From contig OZ231126.1 in assembly GCA_965153355.1 (NCBI GenBank), forward strand, positions 44,330,001-44,394,000: a stretch of DNA of 64,000 nucleotides. The letters are read 5' to 3'. Shown here one piece after another: positions 28,947-42,722 of the stretch; positions within the stretch are counted from its first letter, which is position 1; every line of letters starts with the position of its first letter. Source of the stretch: Flaccisagitta enflata (taxonomy: Eukaryota). A program made the position numbers and the translations under genes. The notes beneath the pieces were generated by a model. That model saw nothing but the letters and a program-made list of their open reading frames with translations. It was not told the DNA's origin and did not search any database.

Positions 28947-29346
28947 CACATGGACGCAAAATACAAGGCGTGGAGGTGCCAAAAGTTATAGCATACCCCC
29001 CTACAGACAATTCAGCTTATTAAAATCTTTTATTTAAATTTGTTTTAAGTACCTATAAGGAATATAAATGGCGTCATCAGAGCGATTTTTGAATTTTTAT
29101 CTAGAACCCCAAAAAATTGCCCTTTTCTACCCTTTCTTCAGCTTTTGGCGGAGCAGCTATTTTAGGGGCAAAATGGGCAAATTTGAGGGTTCAAAACAGA
29201 ACTTCAAAAACCGCTCTGGACGCCATTTATATACCCCTTAGGTTCTCAAAACAACTTAAAAGTTGATAATTAATGCAGCTGAATTGGCTGTAGGGGGGTA
29301 TGCTAAAACACATGCGCCTCCACACCTTGTATTTTGCTTCCGTGTG
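28947..29346. mobile_element. TA-flanked foldback MITE (Tc1/mariner-like)
   Basis: TA|CACATGGACGCAAAATACAAGGCGTGGAGG matches the reverse complement of CCTCCACACCTTGTATTTTGCTTCCGTGTG|TA; the inverted similarity continues inward. Confidence 0.85.
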
Positions 29347-29365
29347 TAAAACCTTTTCATTCATA

Positions 29366-29520
29366 ACAAGGCCGGATACACGGCCATCAGTTGCGGACGG
29401 GTGGGCAGGGGCGGAAATACGCGTTTTCCCACTTTTCAACTCGAGCGTGACGGACCGACGGACCGACGGACGGACGGACGGACAAAGCCTCTTATAGAGT
29501 TGCGTGTCCGCAACTAAAAA
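29366..29520 (-). mobile_element. HINE-like element, group 1 (intact)
   Basis: Perfect hairpin, subTIR AGTTGCGGAC/GTCCGCAACT, (GGAC)n. Confidence 0.9.
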
Positions 29521-30265
29521 GGAAAATTCATTCATAAAAAAGATCATTCATACGTCCTTAATAAGCGCAAATATTGGCCATTACTTGGCCTTGTTTTTCC
29601 GTCGTCTTGTGTCGTCCAGGATGAGTTTTCCTCCCAGAGAAACTAAGTCGCATTCATTGTGTGTAGATGTGTCAGTTGCGTGTTTTTTGGTCGCGCGCGT
29701 TTGCGTGTGTATGAATGTGTGTGGGTTGCCATCTGCCCATCTGTGTACATCTCCATTTATTCTAACTCCTTTTCTATTCAATCTGCATGACTGCCTTTTA
29801 TTATATATCAATAAGTCTCTGTCCATGATCTACTGTCTGTCTCTCTGAACCTCGTGTAGGAGAGAAAATGAGAGAATTATAAAAGGCGAAAAAAAGTCCA
29901 TCTTGAAAGTAAATAGCCAAAATCATTTTGATAGATTCGACCAAAAACTCATACAGACACTCGCGCGCGCGCTCGCGCTTAGTCCGGAAAGAGCCAAATT
30001 CCGGCAGCAGAACCGGCAAAAATGAGTGGCAACAAAAACTGGCATTCTTGCAAATCCGGCGAAAATCCGGCAACCGCTCTCTTTCTCCCGTGAGAGACCA
30101 AGACCGCTCTCCATCATGTATTTCCGGTTTTGTGTGTGTCTGTACTTGTGTGATCTCTCTCTCCATCAATTTCTCCAATTTTTATCTTTCTTTTTCTGTC
30201 TTTCTTTTTCTATCTTTTTTTTTTTTTCCTAATACATGTACATCACCACTTTTGCTTTGCCCCTT

Positions 30266-30323
<58 letters not shown>

Positions 30324-30920
30324 GACTAGGCCGCAGGGAAGAAAAGAAGGGAAGGAAAAAAGCGAGAGGCAAAAAAAAAAGATGGTTGAATAGCTAATAG
30401 AGTTGGCTAAATAGTGACCGAATTGTTGATGCGATTTTCTCCCCCTTAATTACATCCATCACCAACCAGGCGCAGGCGAGCCGCTTTTTTCCTTCCTCTG
30501 CTAGTGCTAGTCGGCTTTTTCCTTTGCTACTCCACTTAACACCTGACGCGCTGACTGAGCTGTTGCGTGCCTACTTCATCTCTTCAACTCTTTGAACAAC
30601 TTCCTCTCGCTTTTCCGTTCCGCGCCTCCACCGAATGAACATACTGTTGCATGTTGAGCTTCAGTTTGCCACAACACCTTTTGGCTTTTCGCCATGAAAT
30701 GGTAACTTCTTTTCCTCGCGTCGTCGAAATGGCGAGTAAAACATATTTCCTTCGTTGCCATCTTTATATCAAGAACCACCCAGACTCCGCCTTTCCATTC
30801 TTCTCCTTATACGCCTCTGGATATTCCCATCAAAACTGATTTCCTATCACTTTCCGCTGTAGCCCGGGTATTGCCATACTTCTGAGACCCCTTCTTTGCT
30901 TACAAGTTAAAACATACCCA

Positions 30921-31194
30921 CGTCTGTCAGAGTGCCTGGGAAAAGCCAAAAATGCTTTTTAAATGAGCCATTGCCCAATTTACAAATCAATCAGGAACCA
31001 TCTTTAGGGTGGCTTTGAAGTTTCCATAGATTTGTATGGGAGAGACAAAATTTGCATAAAAGAAAAATAGATTTCAATGATGATTCTATGCAAAGATGGT
31101 TCCTGATTTATTTGAAAGTCATGCAATGGTTCATTTGAAAACATTTTTGCAAAGCGAAGTACTATTTTGGCTTTTCTAGGCACTCTGACAGACG
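30921..31194. mobile_element. Foldback MITE
   Basis: CGTCTGTCAGAGTGCCTGGGAAAAGCCAAAA inverted against TTTTGGCTTTTCTAGGCACTCTGACAGACG|TA, plus internal inverted blocks. Confidence 0.8.
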
Positions 31195-31319
31195 TAATGC
31201 CCATCGCCCAAGATTCACCTTACTGTACTCGCTTGATCGCGCTCTTGCAGCTCTATAATTTACCTCTTTCCCCCTTTTCTTCCCCCTTTCCCCCTCATCA
31301 TTCCCTTCTCGTTAAAACG

Positions 31320-31416
<97 letters not shown>

Positions 31417-32995
31417 CGTTGTTGTTGTTGTCGTTGTTGTCGTTGTTGTCGTTGTTGTTGTTATTACATATCGGCATTTATGCCCCTGTTGTCCTAGAGG
31501 ACTACTTGATTAGGCTTGACGTCGATGTTAGTACAAAAGCGAGATGGTGAGTTTTCACGGCTCATGAGCGACGTCTTAAAGAGGGTGCATTATTAATGAA
31601 GGGATATCAGTCAAGGGAGACTAACTGAGGAAACTCAACCAACATACCACTCACTCAGCAATTGAACAGATATACTTGATGATTGCCAAAATACAATATC
31701 GCGGCCAGCAAAATTAAGAAGAGAAAAAAAAGAGAAACAAATAATAGAAAAAAAAAGGTGTATCTGTCATTAATGGGGTCCAAAAAAGCTACAGAAACCC
31801 AAGTTGATAAGTCAGTGGATTTGAGGATTGATATGGTAAGGTTTTTGACCCGTAGAATCCATTTCTGGGGTCAAAAAAGGCGAAATCTGGCGGGATCCCT
31901 TACCGCCATTGGCCCTGATCGAGCATATGGGCCCCGGAATGAGCATTTTGGCCATTTTTTCGCAATTTCAACTGATTTTAGGGGTATTTTAGTTACTTAT
32001 GAATGAAATCCGACTAATCTAAGCCTGTAGAATTCAATAGAGATGGTCTGAGGGGTCTGTGATCATTACTTTGATGTAAAACTGGCCCTGAATGAGCATT
32101 AGGGCCTGGAGCATGCAGATTTTCCAGGTTTCATCTTTCCAGCGAAATACAAGCTTAATATACTCATAGAAATGCTTTTTTTGGCAAAAATGAGGCTGCT
32201 TTGCTCATTTCCCTTTGAATTCCGTGTAAATGGCAGGGGCCTTTATTCAAAGGGCTGTTTCAATTGTTGGGCAGGAGCAGTGATTCTAAAAATTGCTTCA
32301 AATACCTGAACAAGTTATATGTAAGAGGCAAAGCAGCCTAGACGGCTTAATCCCAGCCCCAATATCCAAATTTCAGATCTTATGGCAAAAATTTTATTTC
32401 AAAAGCCTTTTAAAAAAAACCAAAAATATTGATTCTCCATGAATCTCCATGAGCCCAGGCGTAGGTCATTTTTTTGGAGCAAGCCCGCGAGCTCTTTATA
32501 TGGCTGTCGGGCTCTCACCTATTTTGTCTCTAATGTATGTTAGTCCGTCTCTGTGTGTTTGTCCATCTGTCCATCCATAACATTTTAAAAATATTGTATT
32601 CTATTTTTGACTTTTTTTGTGGTATAGCCTATACCAGTTACTCGCCCCTGCCCAACCGTCTGCAACTTTTGCCCTGTTCTGTGCTTGTTTTTGGTCGCAA
32701 ACAAGCAATTATAAGAGGCTTTGTTGGTCTGTTGGTCCATCACGCTCGAGTTGTCACGCTCAAGTTGAAAACGCGCATTCTCGCCCCTGTCCACCTGTCT
32801 GTGACCTGTTTTGGTCGTGTATTTGGCGTTGTTCAATAGTGTTTTGTGTTGAAAGGATATCAAAGCTGGATATATAGCTACCCCAGTCGCGTGCGGGAGA
32901 ATGTCACTAGGGCATTTGAGCAGGAGCGGTGAGCTCAAAAGCTCATAAATGCTAAAAAAGTAAAAGGGGACCAACCAACCAACTTACAGACGGAT

Positions 32996-33060
<65 letters not shown>

Positions 33061-33198
33061 CAAGGCTGGACACACAGCCATCAGTTGCGGACGGGTGGGC
33101 AGGGGCAGAAATGCATGTGTTCCCACTTTTCGACTCGATCATTACGGACCAATGGATGGACAGAGCCTCTTATAGAGTTGCATGTCCGCAACTAAAAA
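33061..33198 (-). mobile_element. HINE-like element, group 1, CpG-decayed
   Basis: Colinear with 29366-29520; most differences are CG to TG or CA. Confidence 0.85.
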
Positions 33199-33226
33199 GA
33201 AGTGAGATTTTGGCTTTGACATGTAG

Positions 33227-33285
<59 letters not shown>

Positions 33286-34406
33286 GTTAATTTTTGGTCG
33301 TAATCGATAAGAGCATGTACATTCGTACACCCCATTATGTCAGTCTGTTAGCCAGTTGCTAGTCACTGCTCCTCCCAAAATACCCTAGTGACCTTATCTA
33401 TCAATGCTCCTGCTCATTTGCACACAACTGGGGTAGCCGTGTATCTGGCCAGGGGTAACCATCTCTTACAAACATATTTCCCAACATGAACAGTGGTTAT
33501 ACTTGGCAAAATAGGAACCAACAAACTGATCGATAAAAGAGTGAAAAAAAACCTAGCGGGTAGTACATAAGTCTGTCCCTCTGTAACACTTTGTTTCTCA
33601 GGCTATTTCGGTATTTCTGAGCAGATTTTAGCAAAACAGCTTCTGCCCTTAGTGGTGGTGCCAGCGATCTGCCAATGAGTGGGCAACATTATTGTCTCGA
33701 CATTTTATTGTAGCAACATGACAAAACTTTGAGCATGTATGCCAGCCGTTACTATGACTATCATGACAGTGATGTTTTTAGTCGTGTACACGCGACTCTA
33801 CAATCTGCTTTTTCCGTCCATCCTGCCACCCATCCATCTATCCGTCATTCCGTCGATCCATCAATTGGTTTGGCGTTCAAACTTTACCGTTTTTTTTTAG
33901 GGGTGTTGAGCGGCTTTTGGTTTTTCTCTCCCCCCCCTGGTCTTTGATTTCCTTCCCCCTCTCATTTGATTTTTAAAAAAAAAATTTTGCTTAACTAGGT
34001 TCTTAAAACATAGAAAATCCATAATCGTTTGAAAGCTCTGAAAATATCTTTCTAATGCAACAATGCTGGATATTCTAGCTTTTTTTGTTTAGAGATGACA
34101 AATGAATGAACAACATGTTCAGTTTGTAGTTTCATTAAGAAAATAACATTTCAGTAAAATAGTAGTTCACTTAGAAAAGCTCTCACTCTGAAACCGTTTG
34201 AGCTACAGGCCTGGGATTGGTCTAGAATGAAAAGAAATCCTGAAATCTCGTGAAAAAAAAAACAGTGAAAACTATTCATTCCTTCTAGTTTTTTTAAAGA
34301 ACAAAAAAGTGGTCAGATCTTTTATTCCCGTTGCAATCAATTTTGACATTTGCCATGTTTTCTTAATTGCATGGATGTAAAGCGCTGACAAATATATCTT
34401 GTCCTG

Positions 34407-34572
34407 TTTTTAGTTGCGTGCACGCGACTCTACAACCCGCTTTGTCCGTCGGTCGGTTGGTCAGTCGGTCGGTCACACTTCATTTTTTTTATGATTTTAT
34501 TTCTTTGACCTAACTGCTCCTGCCCAAATGATCTGGTGACCTCAAATATGGCCCCGTGTATCCGGCCTTGTT
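34407..34572 (+). mobile_element. HINE-like element, group 1 (internal deletion near 3' end)
   Basis: TTTTTAGTTGCGTGCACGCGACTCTAC start, (GTCG)n, CCGTGTATCCGGCCTTGTT end. Confidence 0.8.
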
Positions 34573-34649
34573 TTTTAAACCTGAGCTTAAAATTTGAGAG
34601 AACCTCAGCAAGGAGAAAGGATTCTCAAGGGAGAGGGGGGGAGGGTAAT

Positions 34650-35140
34650 AACAGGTCGCCCAAGGGCAATCTGTGGACAGCAATACCCGTTGCCCTGCTT
34701 TGTATGGTTGTAAATTGGAATGAGAGGCAGGGCAGCGACCCCGAAGGGGACAAAGTCCTGTAGAACACAGGGGACTTTCATTTGTTTGTCCATCCGTTCG
34801 TCCGCCCCCCAGACCCTCTCAGGCCTGAAATCTGCCCTCTCAGGCCTAAAACCTGGCCTCTCAGGCCTGAAATCTGCCCTCTCAGGCCTTGAATCTGAGA
34901 GGGCAGATTTCAGGCCTGAGAGGGCAGATTTAAAGCCTGACAGGCAGGTTTCAGGCCTGAAAGGGCAAATTTCAGGCCTGAGAGGGCAGATTCAAGGCCT
35001 GAGAGGGCAGATTTTAGGTCTGAGAGGGCAGATTTCAGGCCTGAGAGAGCCTGGGGGGGACGAACGAACAAACGGATAAACAAACGAAAGTCCCCAGTGT
35101 TCTACAGGACTTTGTCCCCTTTTGGGTCGCTGCTCAAAAA
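34650..35140 (-). mobile_element. HINE-like element, group 2
   Basis: Inverted repeat GCAGCGACCCCGAAGGGGACAAAGTCCTGTAGAACAC and its complement; 21-bp AGGCCT-containing array. Confidence 0.8.
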
Positions 35141-35587
35141 GCAACTTAAGGCCACAATATTGTTGCCAACAGGTGGGCAGGGAGGTCCATCCCCTATCCC
35201 CATGCCACAACTCCGACCCCACACCCCCAACCCCACTCACATACACAAACAGTGTGTAATATACTAGTTTTCATATGTTTTACTTATTTTCATGGATAGA
35301 CAGATCATGGACCAATAGACGACCAAAGCCACTTAAAGTTGCGTGTTCATGTTCACAACAAAAGTGGTTTCTGCTGTCTCATTCTGTATGCCTGCATGTG
35401 TATCCAATCTATATGTCTGCAATTGTCTGTTTGTCACAAAACAATTGAAAGTCAATCTGTTTGCTGTCAGTCTGTTCTTTTACCAATCAATATGTCCATG
35501 TACGATTCTGATTCTATGCTTTTATTTTCCTCTGACCTAAACTCAAAAGAAATACCGACTGGCAGAAAACACTCGCATGGAGTGGGA

Positions 35588-35808
35588 ACAAGGTCAGATA
35601 CACAGCTACCCCAGTCGCGTGTGGGTGGGCAGGGACTGTATTTGAGGTCCATTAATCATTTGGGCAGGAGCAGTGAGGTCAAGAACCGCAAAAAGACAAA
35701 AAAAGTAAAGTATGATGGATGGATGGACCGGCCAATGGACCGATGGATGGATGGTCCAATGGACCGACAAAGCGGGGTGTAGAGTCGCATAGCACGCGAC
35801 TTAAAAAA
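35588..35808 (-). mobile_element. HINE-like element, group 1, CpG-decayed
   Basis: Colinear with 8283-8476; GGAC repeats largely converted to GGAT. Confidence 0.85.
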
Positions 35809-36577
35809 GCTAAGACTACTGAGATAGACTTAGAGACAGACAGACAGACACTGCAAAACAGGTCAAACGAAACCACTTGTCTTTCACTTGAAAGATGAAA
35901 ACAGTTTGTGTGTTTGTTAATTGTTTTAGATGGCAGAAAATTGAAAATCGGCTAAAATTGAGCAAAATATGCTCATTTAGGGCCAATAATGCTCATTCAG
36001 GGCCGGTTGCATAAAAAATAGTTGTAAAAGTTCCTTCAGGCTATCACTATCGAATTTTAGAGCTTCATGTCAGTAGATTTACCTAAAAAAATGGTGTAGT
36101 TTGCCCATAAATTAGCTCCAAAGATGAAAAATATGACAAAAATGCTTATTCCGGGGCCCATATGCTCAATCAGGGCCAGGGGCGGTAAGGGATCCCGCCA
36201 GATTTCGCCATTTTTGACCTCAGATACAGATTCTACAGGTCAGAAACCTTAAGATATCAATCCTCAAATCGCCTGTGATATTCCATCGACATTCTGGACC
36301 CCATTAATCTGTCATCAGGCCATAACTGCCCTATTTCTCATGACCATTAACTTTCGAGTCCAGGCCTACTGGCCGTGTCCACCAAAGTGGAAGAAATTGT
36401 GATGGAAAATCGGGTATGGATGGCGCTTGTGAGCACGCGAAAAAACTCATTTGCATATTCGAGTCAGGAGATGAGGTTGTAGTAAGAAGGCGAAGGAGGC
36501 GTCTGCTTGCCCGCGGCCCGCCCACGAAAAGAAGGTGGGAAGATGAGGTTAACTGAGGTGAGAAAAGCGCGAGCGCT

Positions 36578-36608
<31 letters not shown>

Positions 36609-36688
36609 AAGAAGAAGAAGAAGAAGAAGAAGAAGAAGAAGAAGCAGAAATAGAAGAAGAAAAACTTCATGAGGGGAAAAAAGCGAAG

Positions 36689-36784
<96 letters not shown>

Positions 36785-36834
36785 AAAAGGAAAGTAATTC
36801 ATAATAAAAGGAAGGAAGGAATAAAGATAGAAAA

Positions 36835-36914
<80 letters not shown>

Positions 36915-37010
36915 ATCAAAGAAAGAGAAAAAGAGGATGATAAAAAGAAAGAAAGAAACAGGACGAGACAGTAAGGGAGTACTAAGACGGAGAAAAGCAG
37001 GAGAGGGAAA

Positions 37011-37128
<118 letters not shown>

Positions 37129-39115
37129 AAGAAAGAGAAAGAGAGACAGACAAAAAGAAAAGAGAGAGAGGATAAAGAAGAAGATTCGAATCTCATTTTT
37201 CAATTGTACAATTACAGACGTCCTTGCGAAATGGTAGAAATGGTAGATTCACCAGCGCCCCCGCGAAAAGTTAATCGGGCAGAAAAGGAGGAGAAAAAAA
37301 TTATCCGTCAGACAGATGGACCGTGAATGCTATAAAATCTCTGAGGACTTAAAAAAAAGAGGATGAAAAAAAAAATCAGAATTATAATGTGCCGATATCT
37401 CTTGATGATCGCAACATTCATGTTCGATGCGTCAATGACATTTCACTTTCATACCACCTTACCGCCTTACGTTACAGTTATATCTATAATAATTCATAAT
37501 CTATCAACTCTTTTTGATTAAAATGATAAGTGACATCTTTGTGGTAGATCTACCGATAGCTTTATACCAATAAAGGCGGCTCTCGCCGTAGGAAAAAAGT
37601 CGTAAGTGCGAGATTTTGGAATTTCTTGTGATTGTTTTTTTGTCTAGTTGTCAGATGGACAGACAGACCAACAGACCAATGGATGGACTAACAGACAAAG
37701 CCTCTCATAGCGTCCAGAGTTGAAATGAGAGAGAGACTGTGCTGCCAGGATGCACAATCATCACCTGGGACATTTCAAAGTTCATATAGACTTCAACTAC
37801 CTCGATTCCTTGTTTTTCGGAAAAATGCAAAAAATGCGAAAAAATATAAAAAGATTTAAAAAATCATAGCTCCAAAACTATCAATCGCACAGAATTCTGC
37901 TTGGCGTCATCTGAAAGAGGAGAATTAGCTCTTTCTTAGCTATTAATTTCATGCGTAGTCTCATTCTGCCCCCAAAATGCATCAACTTCCTCAAACGCCT
38001 CATAAAACAAAGGGAAATCCGTTTTTCTCTGCAGGACTCAAAAAGACCGAAGGGACTTCGTCTCTTCGACTTTTTTCCAAATAATCTCACTTAAGACGAT
38101 GGGAAGCCGATTTTTTAGATAGAAAGAATCAAAAGAGAATAACGGTGATTCAGATAATGACTTTGGAAGTTGAGGCTTGAGAAAAGAAAAAAAAACCAAT
38201 GGCATCATTTGAAGTTAAAGGATGTAGTAAACAAAGTCTAGAAGGCCAACATGCGCGTCGTATTGCATGTTTCCGCATATGATTATGAACTGACAGGTCG
38301 GCTAATTGGAGCACAAACTCTATCCACCATCAGGTTTCGTTGGTTTTCGATTCTGTCGTGTGCAGTTGGTTTTTGTTCACGCTTTACGCGAGGAATGAGA
38401 CGAGACAGGACAAGGTCAATTTTAGTAAGTTAGAAAAACGTATGTTGAATGGTCGGCGTAATAAATAAAAAGATACAAAGAGTTTTTGACATCTTTTGCG
38501 AATGCCGTTTTCAATGGTAACAATACCTATTTTAAGAAAAAATGATAAAGGCATACATTTCGTGTAAGTAAAGAAAAAAGAACAGGACGAAAGAAAAGGA
38601 AAATGTACGAAGGCGAGATGAAGATTGGAGAGGCCAAGAATGGTATAAGCCTAAAAGGGCAAAGAAAGTGGAAACGATTATTACGGCGATCAACGAGGGC
38701 AAAAATCTGCGCCGAATCTAAGACGAACAAGAAGAAGAAGAAAATGTGAAAAAGTGTTAAAAACTTGGTTGACTGAGTTTAGGTGAGATGGAGGGGCGTT
38801 AAATGGCTCCCGCACCAACAAATGATGCCTTGGCTCCTCCATTTCTCCGTGCATATATATCGTTTGATCTCACTCCTTATTTGCTGTCTGTTTATGACAG
38901 CTCTTACTTGGGTTTGTCTGTCCATCCGTGTGTCTGACTTTGTCTTCCTCTATTGCCAGCGCTATCTTTAGATCCGCAGTAGCGACACTATGATATGCTT
39001 TGTCCGTCTGTTGGTTCGTTGGTCCGTTGGTTAATTGGTCCGTTGGTCCATCGGTCAGGTACGTCTGAATTTGCTCTCTCTCTCTCTCTCTCTCTCGCTC
39101 TCGCTCTCGCTCTCG

Positions 39116-39156
<41 letters not shown>

Positions 39157-39444
39157 CATATGTCAAACTTCCATCCCACTCGGATTATGACGATTATCTT
39201 GGAGTCGTGATCTATGCCAGAAAACAAATTGTAGAAAAAAAAGTATGATAGAGAAGGGTCATATAAAACACGTCAAAATGGAGGTGTCAGTCCGTCAGGG
39301 TTGAAGAGGACAGTTTGTCAGGTATGGGGGTGATAACTTGTTGGGAGGAATGGCAAAGGCAAAGGTGGTGGAAAATGAGTATGTGAAGAAGGAAAAAGAG
39401 GACAGACGGTCAGGTATGGTGGTAATAAGGCAAACGTGGAGGAA

Positions 39445-39632
39445 TTGCCAAGGGAAAGGCAAAGAGCAAAGGGGGAAGGCACAGGCAAAGGGAAAGGGGA
39501 AGGCAAAGGGGAAGGCGAAAGGAAAGGGGAAGGTAAAAGGAAAGGCAGAGGCAAGGCAAAAGGAAAGGCAAAGGGAAAAGGAAAGGCAAAGGAAGAAGGA
39601 AAGGCAAAGGCAAAGGCGAAAGGAAAGGCACA
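39445..39632. repeat. Degenerate (AAAGGC/AAAGGG)n hexamer repeat
   Basis: Direct inspection. Confidence 0.85.
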
Positions 39633-40040
39633 GGCGGTGGAGTTAGTGAAGAATGAAAGAGACAAGACGAAGGATTAAGACAAAGTGGAGATGAACCAAA
39701 CAAAACAAATAACACACCGTTCAAAACAAAAAGACGGACAAAATGTGGACGGTGATAAAAAGGGGTAATTGCCGTTGCATTAATCAACGAAGGCGCTTTT
39801 TGCGTATTTTGCATCGAGGCGTAGATACATTTTTCTGGAGCAAATCTATTATCCAAATAAATGACCAGACATCTTACGCTTGGCTTTCTCTCAACCTCCG
39901 AATTCTGCTGCGTGCGCAGCCTTTTTCTCGATTTTCAGTAAGAGACTGTCTATCCGTTCATCCGTTGATCTGTCAATCGGTGCGTAAAACTTCATGAAAC
40001 CTCACATCAGCTTCAGATGGATGCAGACGTGTTTTGTTTA

Positions 40041-40795
40041 CAGGGTGTTCAATCTCAAAGTGGGAAAAGTAAAAAGCTTACAATTCTAAGCGCAACCAGT
40101 CAGTGATTTCAAACCATTTTTCTCTTGTAGTAATATATATGACGTTTTTTATGTACAAATTTTATTGGTCTACCTTAAACGGTTAGTCCACAACATCAAT
40201 TTGAAGTAAAACAAGTGTTTACAGTTGAGGCTCAAAAACGCATATTTTTATCAACGCTGTTTTTCAATATTTTGCCTTTAATTCTCAAACGGCTTGATAA
40301 CAGGTGCCAGATTGGTCTCAGATGTAAGCATTTTCAAATTATACTTCATTTGAGACCAATCTGGCATTTTTAGCTCAAACCGTTTAGAAATTAGAGCAGT
40401 ATTAAGAAAAACTATCATGATTAAAATGAGGGTTTTTCAGCTCAAACTTTACATACTTGTTTTACTTAAAATTGATGTTGTGGACAAACTATTAAGGCTA
40501 GACCAATGAAATTTTTATACAAACAAGGCCGGATACACGGCCAATACCAGTTGCGGACGGGTGGGCAGGGGCGGAAATGCGTGTTTTCACACTTTTCGAC
40601 TCGTGTTCACGGACAGACCGACGGACGGACTGACCGACCGACGGACGGACGGACAAAGGCTCTTATAGAGTTGCGTGTCCGCAACTAAAAACGTCAAACA
40701 TAATACTACAAGAGAAAAATAATATGAAATCACTGACTGGTTGCGTTTAGGATTGTAAGCTTTTTACTTTTCCCACTTTGAGATTGAACACGGGG
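40041..40795. mobile_element. TA-flanked foldback MITE (Tc1/mariner-like CAGGGTG end)
   Basis: TA|CAGGGTGTTCAATCTCAAAGTGGGAAAAGTAAAAAGCTTACAAT mirrored at the right end; arms pair over about 280 bp. Confidence 0.9.
40523..40691 (-). mobile_element. HINE-like element, group 1, inserted in the MITE right arm
   Basis: Intact termini; interrupts the inverted symmetry at an A-run. Confidence 0.9.
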
Positions 40796-41754
40796 TATCT
40801 CTTGAGCTCTTCTGCCCCCACTTTTCCGTTACCTCCTACTCCCTATTTGTCTTCTTCTTCTGCTTCTTCTGCTTCTTCTTCTTCTTCTTCTTCTTCTTCT
40901 TCTTCTTCTTCTTCTTCTTCTTCTTCTTCTTCTTCTTCTTCTTCTTCCCCCTCCCTTCCAGTCGCAAAGGGTTGGCCGCCAAATTTGTTGAAGCATAAGA
41001 TTTGAATTTCAACCGGGTTTTGCTTCAAAGGTATTCTTCTATTCCTCCTTAAGGTTAAACTTAGACTGTGCACAGAGTCAATCGGTTCGACCTTGTACCC
41101 CATTATTCGTCCATTCGTCCCTTCAGACTCACGCTTTCGCTTTGCTAAGCACATGGCTTTGCAACCTTCCTTCCCGCTTTCTTTACTTCCTCTACCCCCG
41201 TCGTGTAAGGACGGCCGATACCCGGACAGGGAAAAAAGTTGTACATACTCATAATACGCATTGATCCGTGCAATGTATTCTTGGTGACGTATTAGCAATA
41301 GCGCGAGACACAGTTTTTTTTGCCTCTTCGTCTATATGAGGTCGTGTCCTTCCATACGTCTGTCCCGGTTTCTTACATGTAATCATTTGTGCAGGCCTAT
41401 AGTGCGTTTAAGCGAATCTCACCACCAGGATGACGAGACCGGATTGTAAGGTAGCCTCATGCCAGTGTAGCGAGTGGGCAGGTGTGGGCATTGCTGCTTC
41501 GAATCACAAAAAATATTAGGGGATGGACAATCACGCCAAAAATGCCTTAGTGTCGACGGAGGGACGGACGGTGGGACGGACGGAATGACATTGCGATTAC
41601 GCACACCAACTACTTAAAGAGGCACATCGCGTCCTCAAGCGAGGAAATTGTGAACTCGGGGAACCGATTCAAAACAAAAGTCAAAACAAAATCAACCGAG
41701 CGGTGAAGAGCAGCAAGGAGAGAAACAAATACACAAGGATGGAAACAAAAGTAA

Positions 41755-41863
<109 letters not shown>

Positions 41864-42116
41864 AATCGGGTTGTCATAAAAGAAAGGAAAGGAAACACAC
41901 GTCAAAAACTGCCTTTAAAAATGGCGTCAAAAATGGTTTTCGAGATGATGGTGGCGTAATTTTGAGTTTAAACCTGCCAAAGACCGAAACTCGACTTGGG
42001 CCAAAAGCACTTTGCCCTCCAAAATTCAAAACTTCCAAAAATTCTTCTCGCTGACTTTCTTTTTCTCCGGTGGAAGAAAGAATTCCGCCACATTTTAACT
42101 TGAGAGAGAGAGAGAC

Positions 42117-42233
<117 letters not shown>

Positions 42234-42565
42234 AAGAGAGAAAGAGAGAGAGAGAAAGAGATATAGAAAGATACAGAGAAAGAGGGAGAATAGACCTTTG
42301 GTTTGGCCCCGCCCTCACCGAATGCCCTTGAAATGCCCTCAAAGGCCTGGGGCGGGAATTTTAAATGGAAATTGGAAAAAAAGGAGAGGAGGAAAAAAAA
42401 GAAAAGAGAAAGTAAAAGGAAAAGAATAGAGAAAGAAAAGCTTAAAAAAAACTTGTGAGAATGAAAACGAAGAAAAATGGAAATTGGAAAAGATGGCTTC
42501 TGCCTCTTGTCCAGAAACAGAAAACCCACCGTAGCTCATGACCCCGTCCACGACCTTTTTTCAAA

Positions 42566-42722
<157 letters not shown>

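Larger units (their letters stand above)
31771..36306. mobile_element. 4.5-kb non-autonomous element with about 330-bp TIRs and a 9-bp TSD (Mutator/MULE-like)
   Basis: Ends TAATGGGGTCC / GGACCCCATTA, inverted similarity between 31771-32115 and 35968-36306, and identical ATCTGTCAT at 31762-31770 and 36307-36315. No transposase ORF inside. Confidence 0.8.
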
